Positions 9,347-20,075 of a DNA stretch of 64,000 nucleotides are shown piece after piece. The stretch is from an uncultured Phycisphaerales bacterium. Lineage in GTDB: Bacteria; Planctomycetota; Phycisphaerae; Tepidisphaerales; Tepidisphaeraceae. Both the position numbers and the translations under genes were made by a program. Location: NCBI GenBank assembly GCA_963755915.1, contig CAVWLP010000002.1:256001-320000 (forward strand). The letters are read 5' to 3'. The notes under the pieces were generated by a model. The model searched no databases, was not told the DNA's origin, and worked only from the letters and a program-made list of their open reading frames with translations. Position 1 is the stretch's first letter; each line of letters starts with the position of its first letter.

Positions 9347-11173
9347 CTACGGTGGATTGTACAGGTAGATGCAGTGCCCAAGAACCGCCAGCGGACGCTC
9401 TCCCCGCAGCTCCTTGTAAAACTTCCGGTCGCTCTCCTCAATCCACGGATTCTGCGCCGCCGTCGCGCTCAGCGCGTAAACCCGCACCCTGCTCGGCGAC
9501 GGTGATTCATCCGCCGGCGCCAGACTCCCCGGCAGTTTCACATAATGAATCTCGTAATACCGCGGGTCCGCCGATCCAAAATAATCCAGGAAAATCTGAT
9601 ACTGTGGATGCTCCCGCTGCCACTGCGCCAGCGCCGGCAGGTCCTGCCCCCAGTCGACATTCGAATCCCCCAGCAGATTCGGTCCATTTTCCCACCCCCC
9701 CGCCGCCACGTTAAAAAATGGAATAAAATCCGGATAAGCCGCGTAACATTCCACCGCCAGCCCCACGACAAAAATCCCCGCCAGCAACAATGTCGCCTTG
9801 CGAAATCGCCTCATCGCATGTGCCGCCGTCACCCCCAGAAAAATAAACATCGCCGGATACACCGGCAAAACGTGCCGGATCCCCAGGTTCAAATCCGATC
9901 GCATCGCCACCGCGAGATAAAACACCGGCAGGATCGCCAGCACAAAAATGTCCCACGCTCGCCCAATCCGCCGAAGATTCGCAAGCCAATAGATCGCAGC
10001 GACACCCAACGCCCCTAGCGTCGCCACCGGCGTCTTCACCAGCATCGCCACCGGAAAATAATCCCACCTCCCGCGCATCGCCGAAGTCCCCAGCAAAAAC
10101 GCCGCCCGCCCCGGCGCCGTGCCGTACGTGAACAGCAATCCATACACCCACGCCTGCGGCAACAGCCGATGCTCCCCAATCCACAGCACGCCCCGAAAAA
10201 AAACATCCGGCTTCCACTGGCTTGTGAAGCTCTGCAACTGCGCATCGGTGAGATCAAACGCGTTATACGCCCCAAACGCCGCATGTCGCGCCCCGATCCG
10301 CAGAAGCTCCGAAAAATCCAGCAGCTGATTCGGATCGGCCCCCGGCGCATACCGAAATCGATAGCACGCCCACACAAATCCATACGCAAAAACGCAGGCC
10401 GCCCCAAAAATCCCCGCCGCAATCCCCACCCTCTTCCCGCGCGTCGCCACCGCGGATTTCAAAGTCGGCCAAGCCTCCGGCAGCATCGCCCGCAGCAGCA
10501 AACAGATCCCCAAAATCGGGACCGCCAGAATCCCCGAAAACTTCACCGTCAGCGCAACCCCCAGCAAAACCGCCACCGCCGCCACCCGAATCGGCGTCAC
10601 CCGCCTCCCCACCATCCAGACCGCCGCCATGAAAGCCAGCAGCGCCAGCGACATCGGAACATCGTCCTTCACCAGCGGCCCATGCGCCAGAAAATTCGGA
10701 TCAAAACAAAACCCCGCCGCCGCCACCACCGCCGCCACCGCCCCCCCAAGCCGCCACGACCACCACGCGATCACCGCCCCAAGCAATACCCCCAGCACGA
10801 CCATCCGTTCCCGCGCCCGCCCCAGAACCGAATCCGAATCATTCGCCGCCGTGTAATAAAAATTGTTTTTAACGTACTGACCCTCATACGCCCGGTCTTT
10901 CAGCATCGCATCATAAATGGACCCGCTCGTCGAAAGCTCCAGCTCACCGCTGGGCGCTCCCAGCGCAACGTAATACCGCCAAAGCGGCGGGTCCTCCGGA
11001 TCGCACCGAAAATCCCCGTGATACGTTTGCAGCCACGCCCCCACCAAGTGCAGCGGCTCATCAAAGGTGGCGCACTTGCTCTCCCACGCCGTCGCCCCCG
11101 TCACCGCAAACACAACCAGCAGAACCGCAATAATGCTGATAAACGGAGCCGAGCTGGCTTTCCAATTTGCCAT
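9347..11173 (-). CDS. Membrane GT-C glycosyltransferase (PMT/ArnT-like), paralog 2
   Basis: TFDEPLH, DPEDPPLWR, GIRHVLP, LGDSNVDWGQDL; colinear with neighbour. Confidence 0.8.
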   Translation of the reverse strand: MANWKASSAPFISIIAVLLVVFAVTGATAWESKCATFDEPLHLVGAWLQTYHGDFRCDPEDPPLWRYYVALGAPSGELELSTSGSIYDAMLKDRAYEGQYVKNNFYYTAANDSDSVLGRARERMVVLGVLLGAVIAWWSWRLGGAVAAVVAAAGFCFDPNFLAHGPLVKDDVPMSLALLAFMAAVWMVGRRVTPIRVAAVAVLLGVALTVKFSGILAVPILGICLLLRAMLPEAWPTLKSAVATRGKRVGIAAGIFGAACVFAYGFVWACYRFRYAPGADPNQLLDFSELLRIGARHAAFGAYNAFDLTDAQLQSFTSQWKPDVFFRGVLWIGEHRLLPQAWVYGLLFTYGTAPGRAAFLLGTSAMRGRWDYFPVAMLVKTPVATLGALGVAAIYWLANLRRIGRAWDIFVLAILPVFYLAVAMRSDLNLGIRHVLPVYPAMFIFLGVTAAHAMRRFRKATLLLAGIFVVGLAVECYAAYPDFIPFFNVAAGGWENGPNLLGDSNVDWGQDLPALAQWQREHPQYQIFLDYFGSADPRYYEIHYVKLPGSLAPADESPSPSRVRVYALSATAAQNPWIEESDRKFYKELRGERPLAVLGHCIYLYNPP

Positions 11174-11181
11174 TTAGACTG

Positions 11182-13932
11182 TTACGCCGACGCCCGCCCC
11201 GCCTGAAGCAATTCCAGCGGCTGCGCCAGCGCCACCCCCGCCGCCGGCCACAAGCTCGCCAACAGCGACACCACCACCAGCGCCCCGCAACCGCATCCGA
11301 CAATCCCCCACGGCACCTGCATCGCCGGCGCATATCCCAGCACTGCCCCGCTCAGCCGCCGCGCATCCACACTGATCTCCATCCCCGCCGCCAATCCCAG
11401 TGCCGCCCCCACCATCCCCAGCATCGCTGCCTCCGCCAGCACGAGCCGCAGCAGCCCCCCCGCGCCAGACCGATGCTCCGCAGAACCCCAAACTGCCACC
11501 GCCGCGACCGCACCGACGCCATGATCGTGTTCGTCACCCCCAGCGACGCTAGCGCCATCGCCGCCACCGCCACTGTGCTGATCAAATCCAGCAGATGATA
11601 AAACGCCCGCTCGATCCCATATTTCACATGCCGCACGTCCCCCGCGATCAGCCCCCGATTTCCTAGCGATTTCTGCACGTTCTTCAGCAAATCCATCTTG
11701 TCGATCCCCGGCGTGAGGTTCGCCGCAAACAGCCGCGCCCCGGTAATCCCAAAATCACGCTTCGCATCGTCGATCGACCCAAATACGCTCCCCACCGTCC
11801 GCTGATCCAGAATCTTCCCCAGGTCAAACATGCTCACCAGCACGTCCGCCCCCGGCGACCACACGATCGCGCTGATCGTATAATTCTGCACCCCATTCAC
11901 CGTCGTCATCAGCGGATAACTATCTCCCATCTTCAGCCGATGCGCCTGCCGGAATTCATCCGTCACAATCGCGTGCCGCGGCTTTTTCATCTCCTCCGCG
12001 GCCCGTCCCGCCGCCGCCGCCTGCTGATCCTCCGGCAGCGAATTCCCCCCGTCATCCCGAAAATCAAGCTGCACCATCTTCAGCGCCTGTTCCGGATTCA
12101 CCGCGAAAAACATCGCCCCCACGCTCTGCCCGCTCAGCATCGACGCCAGCATCAAGCTCCCCTTGCTGTCCCCCGACGATGTCGTCACGACCACCGGCAT
12201 CAAACTCCCCTTCGCAATCCCCTCCACATTCCCCAGCGTCTTCTGGTCCTGCCAGGAAATTATGTCCGGGCTCCAGATAAAAATATCCGGAAACTTATTC
12301 GGAATCTGCCACCCCCCAATCAGCGTATGCCCCTGCACCTGCATAGCGATCAGCGTCGCGAGCCCCACCATCAGCGCGGCCCCGGTCCCCGCCGCCCGCC
12401 AGATTCCCGTGCTCAATTGTTTTTTCAACAGGTTCGCCGGAACAAAAAAAACCGCCGCGATCACCGGCGCCGCCACCCGCTCAACCACCCACACAAACAT
12501 CGGCGCCAGCAGAAAAAATCCCCCCAGAATCCCCGGCAACCCAATACAGAAATGCCCGAAAAATTTGATCGTCCCCGCCACCCCCGCCGCATCCGAAACC
12601 CCAAACCTCCGCACGATTTCCTCCACCGGCCCAAAGAAAATCAGCGGATCCAAACTGATCAGCAGAAGCCCGATCAGCGCAATTCGAATCGGTGGCCCCG
12701 CCGCCGGCTCCGCGCCCTGCGCCGTCATCACCTCCAGCGGCGAAATCCGCGACGCCCACCATGCCGGCAGCACGCTCGCCGCCAGCGCCGTCAGCAGCGA
12801 CCCCCCCGCCGCAAATACCATCCCGTTGAAGCTGTACAAAACCCCCGCCGCGAAAAGCTCCATATACCGGTGATACAAAATCCGCATCCACAAAACCCCC
12901 AGCGGAATTCCGATCCCGATCCCCACGATCGACAAAGCCATCCCCTCCAGCGTGACCAGCCGAAAAACCTGAGACCTCACCGCCCCGATCGCCCGCAACA
13001 TCCCCAGCGTCCGCTGCCGCTCCGTCACCCCCATGCTTAGCGCGGAAAAAATAATGAACATCGCCGTGAGCATCGAAACCATCCCCCCCAGGTAAGCCGC
13101 GATACGCACCCCGCGCAAATTCTTTTCCAGGTCCCCCGGATTCTTCCTTCGCATCCGCAAATGCACGTTTGGATCGATCGTCGCCAGCCGCTGCGACCAC
13201 CGATTCTCAAACGCATCAAAATCCGCCCCCGCGTGCAGGTTCACCACGATGCTCGAAACCACCGGCGGATTGTCCTGTCCCGTAAAACGCTGCAGCGTCG
13301 CCAGCGGCAGATAAATCGTCGCCGTCCGCTCCGAAAAAAAGACCGGCTTATGCACCGTCCCCACCACCCTCACCGAAAGATCCTTTCCCGAAACCCCCGG
13401 AATCTTCAGCATATCCCCCACGCCCACCCCCATCTTTTCCGCGGCAATATCATCCAGCACCGCCTCCAACGCATCCGAGGTCCCGAACCACCGCCCGTTG
13501 TTCAAATCCAGCGCCTCAATCGTCGTATCATCCGGCCGGCGAATCCCCACCAGCTCCACATAAATCTTATCCGAAGGCACCGCCCCCGCCTCCAGCCTAT
13601 CCGCGCTGCGCCGGACCCTGCTGGTCCGCCGCCCGGTCCATATCCCGGTCCGACTCCAGCCGCCCCGAAACCTGCCGCAAGTCCGGGTCCTGCTTCAGCA
13701 GCGAAACGATACTCTCCGGCACCACCCCCTGAAGCTCATCCGTCGGCGTAATCACTGCATCCGACGCCCCCATATACCGATCCAGCCACTTCAGCGCCGC
13801 CCCCTGAAGCGACTTGTATCCCGTGGTAACCGCCACCACCAAGCTCACCGAAAGCGCAATCGCCGCCAGGGTCAGCAGCGTCCGAACGCTGCGAACTTTG
13901 AAATTTGAAATGGCTAAGCGAGTCAGAACCAT
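11182..13932 (-). CDS. FtsX/MacB-like ABC permease (two apparent frameshifts near 13590 and 11460)
   Basis: Joined ORFs 13597-13932, 11352-13580 and 11182-11499; two ERQRTLGMLRAIGA / RRWQFGVLRSIG motifs. Confidence 0.8.
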
Positions 13933-14000
13933 TGTTCCTTACTTTCTCCCTTCGGACGTACTTCTGACGATCCGATCCTCTTCAACCTCGAATAGAATAA

Positions 14001-14125
14001 GGCGCTTCTTTAAATACGAATGCAATGCAGGAGGGGCGAGGGGGAACCACATAGGACCCCAAGAGTTTCCCCCTCGCCCCTCCCGCACCCTCCCCACTCC
14101 CCTTCCTTTTCCCCTCAACTCTCCT
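14001..14125 (+). repeat. Palindromic intergenic repeat family B, copy 1
   Basis: GCAATGCAGG..., 20-bp stem 14027-14046/14067-14086; homologous to 19948-20060 and to the reverse complement of 21711-21845. Confidence 0.85.
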
Positions 14126-14286
14126 CCAAACAAAGCGCGTGCATGACGGCAGTCCTGCGATCGCGTGCCCCAACGCCCACCTATACGAAGCGCGCCAATT
14201 CCTCGCGATACGCGGCCGCATTTTGCGTTTCATCGATCGCCAATTTGAACAATGGGTAGGGGCTGCGACAGACATAAGCGCACCAC

Positions 14287-15021
14287 TCATCCCAACGATT
14301 CCGTATATCTCCCCGCCAACTCCTGCCCGTTCATCCCCTCCGTCGCAAACCGCTTAATGATCTGCCCATCCCGGATCACCGCCACTTCCTGTGCATACGC
14401 CCCCACCACTGGCTCGTGCGTCACCATCACGATCGTCTTGTTATGCTTCTCCGCCAAATCGCGCAGCAATTCACAAACGGACTTTGAATTCGCGCTATCC
14501 AGGTTGCCGGTTGGCTCATCCGCAAGGATGACAGCCGGATCCGAAACCAACGCCCTGCCAATCGCCACCCGCTGCTGCTCACCGCCACTGAGCGAATCGG
14601 GCCGATGCGTTCGTCGATCGGCAATCCCCAGATCCACCATCAGTCGCTCGATCTTCTCATGCGTCACCTGCCCATTCCTTCCCTCCAGCATCAGCGGCAG
14701 GGCAATATTCTCCTCTGCCGAGAGCGTCGGAATGAGATTGAACGACTGAAACACCAGCCCGATATTCCTCCGCCGAAAAATGGTCAGTTCCTTATCTCCC
14801 ATCCGCGCCAGATCGGTTCCGTTGATATAAACGCTTCCCGAATCCGGCTTGGCCAGCCCGGCCATGAGGTGCAGCAACGTGCTCTTTCCCGACCCGCTGG
14901 CCCCCATAATCGCCAGGAATCTCCCCTGCGGCACCGCCAGATCGATCGACGAAAGCGCCGTCACGGCCCGGCGGCCCTGGCGGAAGGTTTTGCTGACTTT
15001 TTCGACGGATAACGGATGCAC
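14287..15021 (-). CDS. ABC transporter ATP-binding protein (LolD/MacB type)
   Basis: GASGSGKST, LSGGEQQRVAIGRAL, LADEPTGNLD, VTHE. Confidence 0.95.
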   Translation of the reverse strand: MHPLSVEKVSKTFRQGRRAVTALSSIDLAVPQGRFLAIMGASGSGKSTLLHLMAGLAKPDSGSVYINGTDLARMGDKELTIFRRRNIGLVFQSFNLIPTLSAEENIALPLMLEGRNGQVTHEKIERLMVDLGIADRRTHRPDSLSGGEQQRVAIGRALVSDPAVILADEPTGNLDSANSKSVCELLRDLAEKHNKTIVMVTHEPVVGAYAQEVAVIRDGQIIKRFATEGMNGQELAGRYTESLG

Positions 15022-15222
15022 GAAATCTCCAGCGATCGGATCGCCATAACTATAGTGGAGATCACGGGGTTAATCATCAACCCAGGCGGAAGCGTCGATG
15101 GCGATTTTACATAATTTTACATTTTGTTACGTTTTTCGCGATTTAGATTAGTAAATGCTAACAAACCACAAACGCAGCGAGCTCAAGCACAGCGGCCGCT
15201 GGTGGCGGTGGGGCGCGGTAGG

Positions 15223-15813
15223 ATGGTTGCTGTGAAAGGCTGGGCGATTCAAATCCTGGTGGGCCTCTGGCTATTGTTTTGCCTCGCCATCGCCTTCATC
15301 TGGGCAGGCAGCCATTTGCCCCAGACAATCTTTCCACATCACTCCGACAAATGGCAGATCGGCCCATGGTCCTGTCGATTCGACAGCCGGATGACGGGAA
15401 AGGTCAGCATCCAGCTCTATCACGACTTCCCAACGCCGATCATCGGGCCGCAATTCGATCCGGGGCTGAAATACAATAATGCCGTGCTCGCCTGGTATGA
15501 CGGGCTCCCGATGGGATTTTCAGCCGGGGCGGGGGGATTTTTTGTTGAAGATGAGAAAGATTTCGCAATCGACGGCGCCAGGCACGACCTGTGGGTCGGA
15601 AAGGTCATTTATCTCTCCGTTCCCTATTGGTTTGCATGGCTCATCTGGCTGCCGCTGATCATTTTTGCCCACCGCCGATGGCAGCAGCACCAACGCCTCG
15701 TCAGGATCGACCGGGGATTATGCGTCACCTGCGGCTACGACCTCCGCGCCACGCCGGACCGCTGCCCCGAATGCGGAACAACCGCGAAGCCAAAAGAGCT
15801 CACTTCAGGCTGA
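15223..15813 (+). CDS. Membrane protein with C-terminal zinc ribbon
   Basis: Two TM segments, then [21 protein letters not shown]. Confidence 0.75.
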   Translation: MVAVKGWAIQILVGLWLLFCLAIAFIWAGSHLPQTIFPHHSDKWQIGPWSCRFDSRMTGKVSIQLYHDFPTPIIGPQFDPGLKYNNAVLAWYDGLPMGFSAGAGGFFVEDEKDFAIDGARHDLWVGKVIYLSVPYWFAWLIWLPLIIFAHRRWQQHQRLVRIDRGLCVTCGYDLRATPDRCPECGTTAKPKELTSG

Positions 15814-15892
15814 ATCACAGACTTGATTGGCGGTGCGGGCCATCGACGATTTTCTAAAGCCGATCGGCCTAGGTGCGGTAGAATTCGCCCAA

Positions 15893-16466
15893 ATGGTTCG
15901 CCTCCTTCGATGGATCGTTAATGGGCTTGCCGGGATGTCGCTTTTGCTCTGCATCGTATGGGGAATCTCGGAGTTGACGGATTTTGAGATATTGGATTGG
16001 CAATGGCCACGCGATCAGATTATGCGTCTGGGGCCAAACGGGGTTCCTGGGAATCTATGCTGGTAAAATTCCACGGTTGGATGGCTCAATATTCTCCATG
16101 AAAGATCGTCCTCTTTGGGAATTAAACCCCAAGACCACGATCTGGACGATCGAATATGCTTATTCCGCTTCGTTAACGCGGACGGTTAGCTTTTATCAAT
16201 TTTTTGGCGACTATTCGGCATCTAGCACCTATTGGAAAGGCGACCTACCAATCTTGAAGGACGCAGCGATCGGCATCAATTTCTCGCACATGGCCGTCAT
16301 CACAGGTTTTCCGATCTGCCTACAACTGGCTCTCAAATTGAGAAAACGGCTTTTGCAACGGGAAGGCGTCTGCCGAAATTGCGGCTACGATCTCCGCGCC
16401 ACGCCGGATCGATGCCCGGAATGCGGATCGATCCCGACGAAAAAGGAAATTGCTTCCAAATCGTAA
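15893..16466 (+). CDS. Paralogous membrane protein with C-terminal zinc ribbon (apparent frameshift around 16000-16060)
   Basis: N-terminal TM in ORF 15827-16066; remainder in ORF 15984-16466 ending [21 protein letters not shown]. Confidence 0.65.
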
Positions 16467-16518
16467 CCGCGATTCACGGGCATCCTCCTTGCCCGTGTGG
16501 CCGCCCACGCTTGCCGAA

Positions 16519-17130
16519 TCAAAGCACCCGCGGCCGCTCATCCTCAGGCGGAAACTGAACGCCGGTGTAAATTTCCGATAGCGGAAGCTGCGCCTCGACC
16601 GAAGTGAGCGGCACGCGCCCTTCCAATCCCGAAGCGGTCGCGAACCGCCAGCTCCCGTCGCTCTGGCGGGTAAATGTTTCCACCCGGGGCCGAACCTGTG
16701 AGACCAGAACGTATTCCTCCAGGCTGGCCAGGGAAAGATAGCGGCGGAACTTTTCACCCCGGTCGTCCGCTTCGGTAGCCGCCGAAAGCACCTCCACAAT
16801 CAGCCTCGGATTCGTCGCCGTCGTCCGCCCCGCATCCTCAGGATCAAACTGCATTTCACCACAGATCACGCTCACATCCGGATAGGTGTACAGCGGCGTG
16901 CGCGGAACCCGAATGCGTAGATTGCTGTCATAAACCCGGCACGGCTTGCCTTTGAGTTGGTTCCTCATCTCCCCGATCACGTTGGCGATTATCAAACTGT
17001 GTTCCGGCGAGCCCCCGGCCATGTCGATGATCCGGCCATCGCGGTACTCGTGCCGCTGCTTCGCCTCCACCTCCAGGCGTAGATATTCCTCAATCGTGAA
17101 GCGACCGGGCTTGATCGAACGCGACTCCAT
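16519..17130 (-). CDS. Uma2 family PD-(D/E)XK protein
   Basis: HEYRDG..MAGGSPEH, YPDVSV, IVEVLS, DRGEKF, SLEEYVLV. Confidence 0.92.
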   Translation of the reverse strand: MESRSIKPGRFTIEEYLRLEVEAKQRHEYRDGRIIDMAGGSPEHSLIIANVIGEMRNQLKGKPCRVYDSNLRIRVPRTPLYTYPDVSVICGEMQFDPEDAGRTTATNPRLIVEVLSAATEADDRGEKFRRYLSLASLEEYVLVSQVRPRVETFTRQSDGSWRFATASGLEGRVPLTSVEAQLPLSEIYTGVQFPPEDERPRVL

Positions 17131-17211
17131 GAGGAAAGTTTACCATACATCGAACATAGCGAATATCCTTTGGCAATCAGATCATTTGTCTCATAATGTC
17201 CAAGCCACAAA

Positions 17212-18003
17212 TCATCCCCCCGCCACAATCAACTCACACCCCGCCCCCTCAATCGCTTTGCGATGCTCCGCGGTTAATCCCTCATCCGTCACCACTACAT
17301 CGATCTCGCTGAGATTACACAGCTCCGCCAGCGCCTGCTGGCCGAACTTTTCGCTGTCGGCCAGCAGCACCACCTGCTGCGACTGCTCCATCATCCGCTT
17401 TTCGGCCGACACCAGCAGGAGGTTCTGGTTAAACAGCACGCCATCGCGAATCCCCGCCGAGCTGAAAAACATGCGGGATGCATGGACGGTGGAAATAAAA
17501 TTCTCCGCCGCCGGGCCCAGCATCACGCCGTAGCGCGGGTACATCAATCCGCCGGTGAGGATCAGCTCCACGTTGTTATCGTCCATGAACAGGTTCGCGA
17601 TCGGCAGCGAGTTGGTGATGATTTGAAGCGACCGCCCCCGTAGCTGCTCCGCCAGGTAAAACGTCGTCGTTCCGCCGCTCAGCAGGATCGTCTGCTCACT
17701 GGGAACCAGCGCCAGGACCGCCTTTGCGATCCGCCGCTTGGCCTCAACCTGCACCCCCATCCGCTGGTTAAAGGCATAGAGCCCCGCCTGCGTCCGCTGC
17801 GGGGCAGACGACAAACCCTGGTCCCCGATCCAGATCACCCCCCCATGCGTCGGCTGCACGAGCCCCTGCCTCTGAAGCTCATCCACATCGCGGCGGATGG
17901 TCGATTGCGAAACCCCCAGCTCCCGCGCCAGAGAATCCAGCGGCAGAATCCGCCGCTGTGCCAGCAGTTCCCGCAGCCGCGATTGCCTCTGGGCGATCAA
18001 CAT
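17212..18003 (-). CDS. DeoR/GlpR family regulator (BMC-associated)
   Basis: VSQSTIRRD HTH, THGG, AKRRIAKA, GGTTT, ITNS, LADSEKFG. Confidence 0.93.
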   Translation of the reverse strand: MLIAQRQSRLRELLAQRRILPLDSLARELGVSQSTIRRDVDELQRQGLVQPTHGGVIWIGDQGLSSAPQRTQAGLYAFNQRMGVQVEAKRRIAKAVLALVPSEQTILLSGGTTTFYLAEQLRGRSLQIITNSLPIANLFMDDNNVELILTGGLMYPRYGVMLGPAAENFISTVHASRMFFSSAGIRDGVLFNQNLLLVSAEKRMMEQSQQVVLLADSEKFGQQALAELCNLSEIDVVVTDEGLTAEHRKAIEGAGCELIVAGG

Positions 18004-18013
18004 GGAAACAATT

Positions 18014-18937
18014 TCATTTCAACTGAGCATATGTCGCATCCAGCGACTTCGCCCCGCTCTGGATCCCACTCACTTCCCGCGGCCACAGATCAAACTCAAA
18101 TCGCTTCACGACGCCGCCGCGATTCACGAGAGTCGGCAAGCTCGTGCAGGTGCCGCGAATCCCATACTCCCCCGCAAGCTGCGTGCTGACTGGAAAAACC
18201 TTCGGCTGATTCAGCGCGATCGCATGCACCACTTCCGCGATGGTCAGCCCCACGGCCCACCCCGCGCCCCCTTTGAGCTTGATGCACTCCGCCCCGCTGG
18301 TCTTGGTCCGCTCAAACACCCGCTGCTGCACCGCGGCGGAAAAGTTCGGCAGCTTCACCAGCGGCATGCCGCCCGCCGTCGCGCTCGACCAGATCGGCAC
18401 CATGCTGTCCCCATGCTCGCCCAGAATCACCGCCTTGATCTGGCTGGGCGGCAGCTCCGTCTCCAGCGCAATGAGCGAGCGAAACCGGGCCGTGTCCAAC
18501 TGCGTCCCCAGCCCGATCGTCCGATTCGGCTCATGCTTGAGATGATCGATCGCCAAGCGGGTGAGAATGTCGACCGGGTTGGAGACGACGAAAATAATCG
18601 CCTCCTTCTTCAGCCCCGCCGACTTGAGCGAATCGAGAATCTGCCTGAAGAGCACGACGTTGCGATTGATGAGATCGAGCCGGCTCTCGTCCGGCTTGCG
18701 CCGCAGGCCGGCGGTGATGACGATCACATCGCTGTCCGCGCATTTGTCATACCCGCCCGCGAAAATCTTCTGATCCCCCGCCACGCTGGCGCCGTGCAGA
18801 AGGTCGAGTGCTTCGCCCTGGGCCATCTGCTCGTTGGCGTCGAGAAGGTGGATTTCGCTGACGACCCCGGCGCACTGCATGGCGAAGGCCGCATTGCTGC
18901 CCACCCGCCCGCCGCCGCCGATGATGCTCACTTTCAT
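18014..18937 (-). CDS. Lactate/malate dehydrogenase family protein (BMC-associated)
   Basis: IIGGGGRVG, TAGLRRKPDESRLDL, SNPVD, LDTARFR, GEHGDS. Confidence 0.93.
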   Translation of the reverse strand: MKVSIIGGGGRVGSNAAFAMQCAGVVSEIHLLDANEQMAQGEALDLLHGASVAGDQKIFAGGYDKCADSDVIVITAGLRRKPDESRLDLINRNVVLFRQILDSLKSAGLKKEAIIFVVSNPVDILTRLAIDHLKHEPNRTIGLGTQLDTARFRSLIALETELPPSQIKAVILGEHGDSMVPIWSSATAGGMPLVKLPNFSAAVQQRVFERTKTSGAECIKLKGGAGWAVGLTIAEVVHAIALNQPKVFPVSTQLAGEYGIRGTCTSLPTLVNRGGVVKRFEFDLWPREVSGIQSGAKSLDATYAQLK

Positions 18938-18952
18938 TGAACGATTTCCTTT

Positions 18953-19885
18953 CTAACTTGCGCTGGCCATGATCTGATCGGTGATCACCTGCACGAGCTG
19001 CTCGATGTCCTGCTCCGAATAATTCTCCGGCGTAAGCGCCGCGACCGCTTTCTCAATCGGCGACTCCGCCGCGCCCTGGACGGGCCCGGTCCCGGTCCCG
19101 CCATCGATGCACATGCGCCCCTTCGTCGCGACCTCGCCGCCCACGCGGGTGACAAAATCGCTCGAGCAACTGAGGCCCTGGAGCTGGCCGTCTTTGAGCC
19201 GGGCGTCGGCCATGCCGAACCTCGCTTTTAAACCCAGCAGCTCTTTCATCTGATCGTTGGAAAGCGTCTGCACAGATCCGACCTGCTTGGCAAGCAGCAG
19301 AATCCGCGAATACGCGTCGACGATTTCCAGCTTGTAATAGGCATCCTCCAGATCGGTACCATAAGAAACCGTGCCGTGATTGCTGAGCAGGATCGTGTTG
19401 GCGTCTTTGACAAACGGTGCAAGCGATTCGCCGAGGCGCGTGTCGCCCGGCGTGACATATCGCGCCGTCGGCACCCGGCCCAGAAAAACCTCTGCCTCAG
19501 GGTGAACGCACGTCGGCAGCTCCATCCCCGCCACCGCGAAGGCCGTCGCGTGCGGCGGATGACTGTGAATGACCGCGCGAATATCGGGCCGATTTTTGTA
19601 AATGAACAAGTGGAGCAAAATCTCACTCGTTCGCCCGCGCTTACCGGAAACCTGTTTTCCTTCCATATCGACCACGCAAAGATCGTCCGGCTTGAGCTGC
19701 CCTTTGCTGATGCCCGTCGGCGTACACAGCACACGATCTTCCGAGAGGCGATAGGAATGGTTGCCTTCGTTGCCGGCGCAAAAACCCTTGTGCCAGATGC
19801 GGCGGCCGATGTCGCACATCTGCTCCTTGAGCTTCCATTCGGGGATTCGTGGGGCACTGCTATTTTTGCTTTTTTGATAAGCCAT
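18953..19885 (-). CDS. Class II aldolase (fuculose/rhamnulose-phosphate type) with C-terminal encapsulation peptide
   Basis: EGNHS, TPTG, TSEILLH, IHSHPPHA, LSNHG; terminal helix DIEQLVQVITDQIM; ATG at 19885 with GAGG upstream. Confidence 0.9.
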   Translation of the reverse strand: MAYQKSKNSSAPRIPEWKLKEQMCDIGRRIWHKGFCAGNEGNHSYRLSEDRVLCTPTGISKGQLKPDDLCVVDMEGKQVSGKRGRTSEILLHLFIYKNRPDIRAVIHSHPPHATAFAVAGMELPTCVHPEAEVFLGRVPTARYVTPGDTRLGESLAPFVKDANTILLSNHGTVSYGTDLEDAYYKLEIVDAYSRILLLAKQVGSVQTLSNDQMKELLGLKARFGMADARLKDGQLQGLSCSSDFVTRVGGEVATKGRMCIDGGTGTGPVQGAAESPIEKAVAALTPENYSEQDIEQLVQVITDQIMASAS

Positions 19886-19947
19886 TGGGAAAACCTCTTT
19901 AAAATCCCTCGTGACGAATTGGCGCTCCGATTCTTCGAGATGTCTTT

Positions 19948-20060
19948 GGCGCTCTTTTAAATGCGAATGCAATGCAGGGGAGGCGGGAGACAACCCATAT
20001 TTTTCCAAGGTTTTTCTCCCGCCTCCCCCGCACCCCCACCACCCTCTTTCCACTTCCCCT
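19948..20060 (+). repeat. Palindromic repeat family B, copy 2 (interrupted by IS110 at its distal end)
   Basis: GGCGCTCTTTTAAATGCGAATGCAATGCAGG and stem GGGGAGGCGGGAGA/TCTCCCGCCTCCCC; continues at 21595-21602 once the IS is removed. Confidence 0.8.
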
Positions 20061-20075
20061 GCTATGTTGGTTGTC

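Noticed and set aside
16519-17130. Uma2 as a defence system or BMC component
   Set aside because: It is a solitary member of a commonly expanded family with no partner genes.
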